DNA from: Candidatus Latescibacterota bacterium
GTDB taxonomy: Bacteria; Latescibacterota; UBA2968; UBA8231
Reading direction: 5' to 3'
Length of the DNA stretch: 64,000 nt
NCBI GenBank assembly: GCA_965203175.1
Contig: OZ241867.1
Location: forward strand, 1 to 64,000
A program made the translations under genes and the position numbers. The notes below the pieces were generated by a model. It saw nothing but the letters and a program-made list of their open reading frames with translations, made no database searches and was not told the origin of the DNA. Numbering within the stretch: position 1 is the first letter of the stretch; each line of letters begins with the position of its first letter. This document shows positions 58,430 to 64,000 of this stretch, in pieces.

Positions 58430-58780
58430 ATGGCCCCCGCCTTGGAATGGCGCTACCACCGCCCCGGCTGAACGAGCTGCAAGCGCGCACAAGAGTTTCT
58501 TGTGCAAAACAACATTGCCGACGGCATGGTGCAAAGTGCAACTAAAGAACCGGTCGCGGGCACGGCAGCCCTCGCCCTGCTCGAGGACGCGACCGAGTTG
58601 TTCGTCGCCCAAGGGCAGCAGGTACTCCGCTTCGACCTGACGTCGCAGCGGCCCGCGGACGGGGAATTGCTTCAGCTTCTGTTGGGGCGTTCTGGCAAGC
58701 TCCGGGCGCCCGCATTCCGCTGCGGCACGCGCCTAATCGTCGGCTACAACCAAGCACTGCTGCCGCTGGCGTTGGATTAG
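58430..58780 (+). CDS. Probable selenoprotein, ArsC/thioredoxin-fold with UxxC motif (116 aa)
   Basis: MAPALEWRYHRPG-TGA(58469)-TSCKRAQEFL continues in frame to LGRSGKLRAP...LIVGYN; SECIS-like hairpin follows. Confidence 0.85.
58487..58505 (+). promoter_or_regulatory. Candidate bacterial SECIS element
   Basis: GCACAAGA-GTT-TCTTGTGC perfect 8-bp stem, loop begins with G, 23 nt after the UGA. Confidence 0.7.
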
Positions 58781-58852
58781 GTGAGTCGCCGCCGAGTCTA
58801 AAAAAGATTTCGTAGATGACCTTCAGCGCATAATGACCATCTACAATTGCGC

Positions 58853-60328
58853 CTATTCCCCCCGAATTGAATTGTGCGGATAGACCCGCTCCCACCCCGC
58901 CGCACCGAACACCTTATTGGCCCACAGAGGGCCACTTTCAGAAGCGTCCACCAAATTGTAGTCGTGCGAGGATTGCACGGAGCGCATGACCTCGCGCCAG
59001 AGTACAGCGTCTAAATGGCGGTATGTAGCCGCGTGCGACGCGGATTCGGCGAGATTGTGCTCTTCTTGGGAATCTTCCTGCAAATCGAAAAGCCCGGTCG
59101 CGCCATTGCCGTACTTCACTAGCTTGTGCCGCCCGTCGTAAGCCATCCAGCCGGATTGCAGGCCGCCGACTAGCATGTCGCGCGGAGAATCTCCGGCCAA
59201 GCCCAAGCCGGGTAGCGGTCTAGCGTCCATGTACTCCGGCACGCCGTGGCCAGACGCGGCTAGCAGGGTAGCAGTGACGTCCGTGAGGCAAACCAAATCG
59301 TCGCGCACCGCACCGGCAGCACCGCCCGGCTGACGCACCATCATGGGCACGTGGCAGCTACCTTCATAGAAGTTGCCCTTGGCGTTTACACCGTGATCCC
59401 CGACCAAGTCGCCGTGGTCTGAAGAGAAGATGACGAGGGTGTTGTCGAGACGGCCGCTTTCCTCCAAGGCCGCGAGGATTTGGCCGACCTCGTGGTCTAT
59501 CTGCAAGATGAGGGCCGAATAGTGGGCGCGCACCGTGCGCTTCTGTTCCTCGGTGTAGGGACCTTCGGTCTCTGGAGTCCATATCGGCGCACCCGGCCGA
59601 GGCCGAGGGTGGATGCCCTCGCGGACATCGCGGTGGATCGGGTCGCCGGGGGCGGGATCGGGAATTTTATCGACATCTACTTTAGCCAGAAATTCCGGCG
59701 TGGGGTCGTAGGGGTCGTGCGGGCCGGGGAAACCCACCATGCAGGCGAAGGGCCGCTCGTCGTCGTACTCGCGGATGAAGCGCGCCGCCTCCTCGCCGAC
59801 GAAGTAATCCCAGTAGCAATCCCAAGGCAAAAGCGACACGCAAGCGCCGCGCTGCTCGTCGTATCCTTCGTGCTCCTTGCCCATGTACTTGCGGTGACCG
59901 CGCTGTTGCAAATAGTGCCAGTAGTCGTCTTGGATGTTGACCCACACCTTGTCCTCGCAGGCGATGCGATGTTGGAAGCCAAAAGAGGCTTCCCACGGGT
60001 AGAAGTGCATCTTGCCAATGGCCGAGGTGAGGTAGCCGTGATCGGTCAACATCTCCGCCCAAGTGCGGATGCCACACGCAGCGTGGTCCGGTCGCAGATG
60101 GTTGCCGTTGGTCAGCACATGGTTGCGCCAGGCGTTGAGGCCAGTCAGCAGCGAACAACGCGCCGGTACGCAGACCGGATGCAAGCTGTAGGCTTGATCG
60201 TAGCGGATGCCCTCGGCGGCAATCCGGTCGATGTTGGGGGTGGAAATGTGGGGGGCACCATAACAACTGAGAAAGTCGTGGCGCATCTGGTCGGGCATGA
60301 TGAACAACAAATTGGGTCGGTCGCTCAT
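58853..60328 (-). CDS. Sulfatase (Cys-type)
   Basis: PNLLFIMPDQ, CVPARCSLLTG, GKMH, PHDP, SDHG. Confidence 0.93.
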   Translation of the reverse strand: MSDRPNLLFIMPDQMRHDFLSCYGAPHISTPNIDRIAAEGIRYDQAYSLHPVCVPARCSLLTGLNAWRNHVLTNGNHLRPDHAACGIRTWAEMLTDHGYLTSAIGKMHFYPWEASFGFQHRIACEDKVWVNIQDDYWHYLQQRGHRKYMGKEHEGYDEQRGACVSLLPWDCYWDYFVGEEAARFIREYDDERPFACMVGFPGPHDPYDPTPEFLAKVDVDKIPDPAPGDPIHRDVREGIHPRPRPGAPIWTPETEGPYTEEQKRTVRAHYSALILQIDHEVGQILAALEESGRLDNTLVIFSSDHGDLVGDHGVNAKGNFYEGSCHVPMMVRQPGGAAGAVRDDLVCLTDVTATLLAASGHGVPEYMDARPLPGLGLAGDSPRDMLVGGLQSGWMAYDGRHKLVKYGNGATGLFDLQEDSQEEHNLAESASHAATYRHLDAVLWREVMRSVQSSHDYNLVDASESGPLWANKVFGAAGWERVYPHNSIRGE

Positions 60329-60415
60329 AATTTTGTTCCATTCTCGTCTCTTGGTGGGCAGGTGAGGGGCTTGCCGAAGGCTTTCGACAAACGAAAGTAA
60401 AAAAGATCGGGCGGT

Positions 60416-61810
60416 TCATACAACGCTGAGGGCGCGGACCAACCGCTTGAACAGGTCGCCGCGCTCGGCGTAACTGGCAAACTGATCGAAGCTAGCGCAG
60501 GCCGGCGAAAGCAGCACCACGTCGCCAGATTGCGCTAGGTGGCGAGCGGTGTCCAAGGCTTTGGGTAGGTCGTGGCAATAGTGGACGATTGCGCTAGCGC
60601 CTACCTGTCGTAAAGCAGCGGCGATGCGCGGGGCTTCTTGACCGATGAGCAACGCAGCGCGGACATTGGCCTCGGCAATAGCAGTGCCCAAGGCGCTGAA
60701 GTCGGCCCCTTTTGAAGCGCCACCCGCAATCAGCAATAGGGGTGCATCAAAGGCTTGAATAGCAGCACAGGCAGCATCGACCGTCGTGGCCAGTGAATCG
60801 TTGCAATAGGTAACGCCGTCGCGCTCGGCAACGTATTCGAGACGGTGGGGAAGGCCTTCAAAGGTACGGAGGGCCTCGGCGAAATGGATCGCTGGCGCAC
60901 CAAAAGCCAACGCACCGGCTACGGCAGCAGCGACATTGCTCCAGTTGTGTTGGCCCCGGAGGGGAATGTCGGCCACCGGACAAACGGCGATTGGCTGCGC
61001 CCCAGGACAACAGGCCCACAACTGGCCGTCGGCAATCCACGCGCCCGGAATGCTCGGAGTGGTTGTGCTAAAGGACCAAAGGGCAGCTGGACTCTCGTCA
61101 GCAAAGGTTCGAGCCGTAGTACAGTCCCGATTGACAATGAGGATATCGCCAGGCGTTTGGTAGCGGCACACGGGCTTTTTGGCATCGACGTATTCGGCGC
61201 GGTTGGCGTGGTAGTCGAGGTGGTCCTCGGTGACTGAAAGAACCACGGCGATGTGAGGGCTTTGGTCGAGGTCTTGCAATTGGAAGCTAGACAGCTCTAG
61301 TACAACCCGGTCGGTCGCCTGCAACTCGTCAATGAATTCGAGCGGCGGCCGGCCGATGTTGCCGCCGCTGAACACCCGTGCCGACGGATCGGTTTCCAGC
61401 AAGGCGTGCAGCAGCGCGGTCGTAGTGCCCTTGCCCTTGGTGCCAGTAATGCCGAGCACCGGCGCGGGACATAGCTGTAAAAAGAGGCGCGTCTGGCTCG
61501 ATACTTCGACGCCGCAACACTGCGCCGCACACAGGCGCGGGTCCAGCGTCGGCAGACCTGGCGTGCGAAACAGTAAGTCGAAGTCGGTCAGGTCGTCGAG
61601 ATAGCCTTCGCCGATGCGCCATTGTTGCACGCCCTCCACTGGCGTGGCCGGGTCGCGGACGTCGCACACGGCAAAGGGAATCTGGCGCGCGTGGAGAAAG
61701 TGGGCCAGCGCGCGGTTTTCCACGCCGAGGCCGAGCAGGGCAATGCGCCGCTGGTGCAGATGTTGGGTCGCGCTTGACTCTTTGGGGCTGGAGGATTTCT
61801 TTAGCGCCAT
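60416..61810 (-). CDS. murD: UDP-N-acetylmuramoyl-L-alanine--D-glutamate ligase
   Basis: GITGTKGKGTT, ELSSFQL, DHLDYH, HRLE, LLSPACASFDQF..YAERG. Confidence 0.95.
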   Translation of the reverse strand: MALKKSSSPKESSATQHLHQRRIALLGLGVENRALAHFLHARQIPFAVCDVRDPATPVEGVQQWRIGEGYLDDLTDFDLLFRTPGLPTLDPRLCAAQCCGVEVSSQTRLFLQLCPAPVLGITGTKGKGTTTALLHALLETDPSARVFSGGNIGRPPLEFIDELQATDRVVLELSSFQLQDLDQSPHIAVVLSVTEDHLDYHANRAEYVDAKKPVCRYQTPGDILIVNRDCTTARTFADESPAALWSFSTTTPSIPGAWIADGQLWACCPGAQPIAVCPVADIPLRGQHNWSNVAAAVAGALAFGAPAIHFAEALRTFEGLPHRLEYVAERDGVTYCNDSLATTVDAACAAIQAFDAPLLLIAGGASKGADFSALGTAIAEANVRAALLIGQEAPRIAAALRQVGASAIVHYCHDLPKALDTARHLAQSGDVVLLSPACASFDQFASYAERGDLFKRLVRALSVV

Positions 61811-61858
61811 TGAAATCGCAATACGCGCTTTAATTAAATTAGATAGTGAGAAGGTGCT

Positions 61859-62236
61859 GTGGCTGTAACAATTATGCGTACGGTGCGGCCTAGTCCGCAA
61901 TGGCAAGACAGCTTGATCCGGCTAGAGAGCGGCCAGCGGGTCGTCATCGATGCCGAGGAAACTTGGTCGCCGGACATGCAAAACCAAATCGCTTGGTGCG
62001 GCGCCGATGGCGTGTACAATCTGCCTGCAGGCTCGGGCTACCTACTGCCGGGGGCCAATGTCGGCGCACTCGTGGCCCGCATTGGCGACGACGGGCCGAT
62101 CTTTGCCGTGGGCAGCCGCTGCGACTTTATCGCCGATGGCGCCGGCCTCCTAAATTTGGCCATGAACGAAAACCCGAGCTTCAACAACCAAGCCGGCAAA
62201 ATCGTCGCCCAAATCATCGTCTTTAGCCGACCATGA
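61859..62236 (+). CDS. Small beta-sandwich protein resembling PA-IL/LecA-like carbohydrate-binding domains
   Basis: WQDSLIRL..GQ.V.I.A...W, GALVARIG, LNLAMNE; no signal peptide. Confidence 0.6.
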   Translation: MAVTIMRTVRPSPQWQDSLIRLESGQRVVIDAEETWSPDMQNQIAWCGADGVYNLPAGSGYLLPGANVGALVARIGDDGPIFAVGSRCDFIADGAGLLNLAMNENPSFNNQAGKIVAQIIVFSRP

Positions 62237-63270
62237 GCCTCGCCGGCAGCGCGGCGACCGCAGCCTATGTGCGCGCGGGTCATCCACCTGTCCGCGCGAT
62301 CGCTCCGCTCGCCGAAGGGGTCTGGCGCATCGAGGACGCAGACGGCCGCAAGGTCGTGGTCAAACATCAGCTCTTCGGCCGGCTGACGCAGGGCACGGCT
62401 TACGACCTGTTGGAGGTCGAGCGCGACGTGCTCGGCTTCTTGCACAGAGCGGGTTGTCCGGTGCCCGCCGTCCTCGGCGTGGACTCAGACGACCAATGCA
62501 TCTTCTTGCAATGGGTCGGCGATCACACCCTCGACGACGCCATTCAGGACGGGGACCGGGCGGCGACTATACAGGCCATACGCGGCCTGTGCGCCATTGA
62601 GAACACGTGCGCCCAACGCGCCGACCAGCTAGAGCCGAGAGTAGTGCCGAGTGCCAACCGCGCAGCCCTCGCCGCCGCTTGGGACGAGGCGGGAACGCGA
62701 GCGCATACTGGCATCGAACAGCTATGCAGCCGTCTCCAGCAGCCCTTGGAGGCTGGGATGCAACCACTGCTCGAAACCATGCACGATTGGCTAGCGGCGC
62801 GACCAGCCGCGCTGGGCAGCGTAGATTACAACGCGCGCAACGCAATTGTCGAGCCGGGGGGTACGCGCGTTTACTTCCTCGAATTTGCCAAAATTGGTTG
62901 GGACTGGACGGAACGGCGCTTGACGCAGTATACTTCAAGTATGGGCAGCGGCCGACAAGACGGGCGCATGCGCTCGCTACTGGACGCGTCCGCAGCGCGT
63001 TTGTACGCCGAGGAATCCGGGCGCAGCGACGGTGCGCGGGCGCTCGATTATCACCGTATCTTTTTTCTTTTAAACAGCGCGGCCCTGTTGTGCGCGGCCC
63101 TCGACGGCGAGCCGCACGCGCTGGCCCTGCGCCAACACTGGAAAAGGCCCCATGCGCGGCTGCGACAATGCGCGGCCATGCTGGCCCAAAGCCTGAGCAC
63201 AGACCCAAGCGCGGCCGAGTTCAGAAGCCGGTTGCAGTTTTGTTTGTCACCACGCGGAGGTACTCTATGA
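62233..63270 (+). CDS. APH/choline-kinase-like phosphotransferase
   Basis: KVVVK, E..VL..L....PVPAVL, DYNARN catalytic loop, FLEF in place of DF; ATGA overlaps on both sides. Confidence 0.7.
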   Translation: MSLAGSAATAAYVRAGHPPVRAIAPLAEGVWRIEDADGRKVVVKHQLFGRLTQGTAYDLLEVERDVLGFLHRAGCPVPAVLGVDSDDQCIFLQWVGDHTLDDAIQDGDRAATIQAIRGLCAIENTCAQRADQLEPRVVPSANRAALAAAWDEAGTRAHTGIEQLCSRLQQPLEAGMQPLLETMHDWLAARPAALGSVDYNARNAIVEPGGTRVYFLEFAKIGWDWTERRLTQYTSSMGSGRQDGRMRSLLDASAARLYAEESGRSDGARALDYHRIFFLLNSAALLCAALDGEPHALALRQHWKRPHARLRQCAAMLAQSLSTDPSAAEFRSRLQFCLSPRGGTL

Positions 63271-63533
63271 GCGAGTGGAACACTCTCGACTTCAAGCCCC
63301 GAGCCCGGGGCATGATCATCGGCGATATTCCCTGGCTGGCGCGCATAGCCGACAAGGCGCGGGCGCACCAGCAGCAACGCATCGGCGACTACGTATTCCC
63401 CTGACCGGCTGACCAGCGCTTCCTGGAGGAAGTGGAGCTAACAGCCGCAGCATTCGAGGAGATGGTAGCCTCGTCCGCAGACGACGATGCACTAATCGAA
63501 AAGATGAAAGCGCATCTAACTAGAAAGCGCTAG
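63267..63533 (+). CDS. Probable selenoprotein, DUF5069-like (88 aa, Sec46)
   Basis: GGAGG RBS; WLARIADKARA...IGDYVFP-TGA(63402)-PADQRFL... open to TAG 63533, 1 nt before next ATG; SECIS-like hairpin. Confidence 0.82.
63407..63446 (+). promoter_or_regulatory. Candidate bacterial SECIS element
   Basis: GGCTG/CAGCC, AGC/GCT and GCTTCC/GGAAGT stems with UGGA apical loop 19 nt after the UGA. Confidence 0.72.
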
Positions 63534-63534
63534 T

Positions 63535-64000
63535 ATGAGCACCTCAGCGCAAACAACGCGCACGCCAAGGCGGAGAGTGCGGGAGATGGAGGTGGAGATC
63601 GTCCACGTGCGCCGCGACACCCCAGACACCACTACGCTCTTTATGTCGGCTGGCGACGAGCCGATCGAATACGAGGCCGGCCACTTCTGCACCATTGATC
63701 CGCATCAGTTCGGCGAGTTGGAGCACTTCACCGCCTATTTAGAAGATCAAAAGGGGCAGCGGGAAAAGCCGCGGGCCTATTCTATGGCCTCGGCACCGCA
63801 CGAAGAGCACCTCGCCATCACCATCAAAGAAGAGCGCTATGAGAGCGGTGAGACGCCGTACCCACCGCTGCTATCGCCGCTGTTGACGTACTACATCCAC
63901 GAGGGCCGGCGGCTGGTCATCAGCGGTTTTACCGGGGCATATACCTTTCCCGCCGATGTCTGCGAGCGCGCCGAGCACATTGTCCACGTATGCGCTGGAA
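63535..64000 (+). CDS. FNR-type FAD/NAD(P) oxidoreductase, 3'-truncated by window edge
   Basis: My translation: TPDTTTL, YEAGHF, RAYSMASAP (RxYS FAD motif), GFTGAY, HVCAG; absent from the ORF track because it runs off the window. Confidence 0.85.
   Translation, partial: MSTSAQTTRTPRRRVREMEVEIVHVRRDTPDTTTLFMSAGDEPIEYEAGHFCTIDPHQFGELEHFTAYLEDQKGQREKPRAYSMASAPHEEHLAITIKEERYESGETPYPPLLSPLLTYYIHEGRRLVISGFTGAYTFPADVCERAEHIVHVCAG

Noticed and set aside
62607-63266. Upstream part of the 265-aa ORF 62607-63404
   Set aside because: Shadow frame over the kinase; the real gene starts at ATG 63267 with a GGAGG RBS

Overview
Bacterial chromosomal segment of roughly 60% GC (estimated by eye). The gene content (three PhyH dioxygenases, a sulfatase, a secreted protein ending in a TA..SWG..K motif) suggests a Ca. 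Latescibacterota/Poribacteria-like organism, but this is inference only. Housekeeping and metabolic blocks include NAD salvage (pncA-pncB-aminotransferase-nadE), hisI, murB, murD, glcF, an APS reductase, a MacAB-like ABC exporter and a paired ABC exporter with DUF1854. Three accessory regions interrupt them. (1) A 12.8-24.3 kb defence island: tandem P-loop ATPases, an amber-interrupted HipA-like kinase with a HIRAN protein, HicBA, and a type I R-M system with fused HsdM-S and a Fic gene behind a 4x51-bp palindromic array. (2) A 27.3-30.8 kb patch: Phd-VapC and a low-GC nuclease-like gene split by an IS903-group element, bracketed by a duplicated gene 3' end. (3) A 40.4-45.4 kb four-gene cassette: adenine MTase, MORC/GHKL ATPase-histidine kinase fusion, receiver protein and MBL-fold hydrolase, a candidate signal-gated restriction system. 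The ORF track breaks two probable selenoproteins, each with an in-frame UGA at a Cys-type position and an adjacent SECIS-like hairpin. One is an ArsC/thioredoxin-fold UxxC protein directly after the APS reductase (58430-58780). The other is a DUF5069-like protein (63267-63533) in a tight lectin-like/kinase/selenoprotein/FNR-reductase operon. A highly structured ~290-nt intergenic element (52107-52398) matches no RNA family I recognise. No rRNA, tRNA or CRISPR array was seen. Family assignments come from motif recognition, not database searches.
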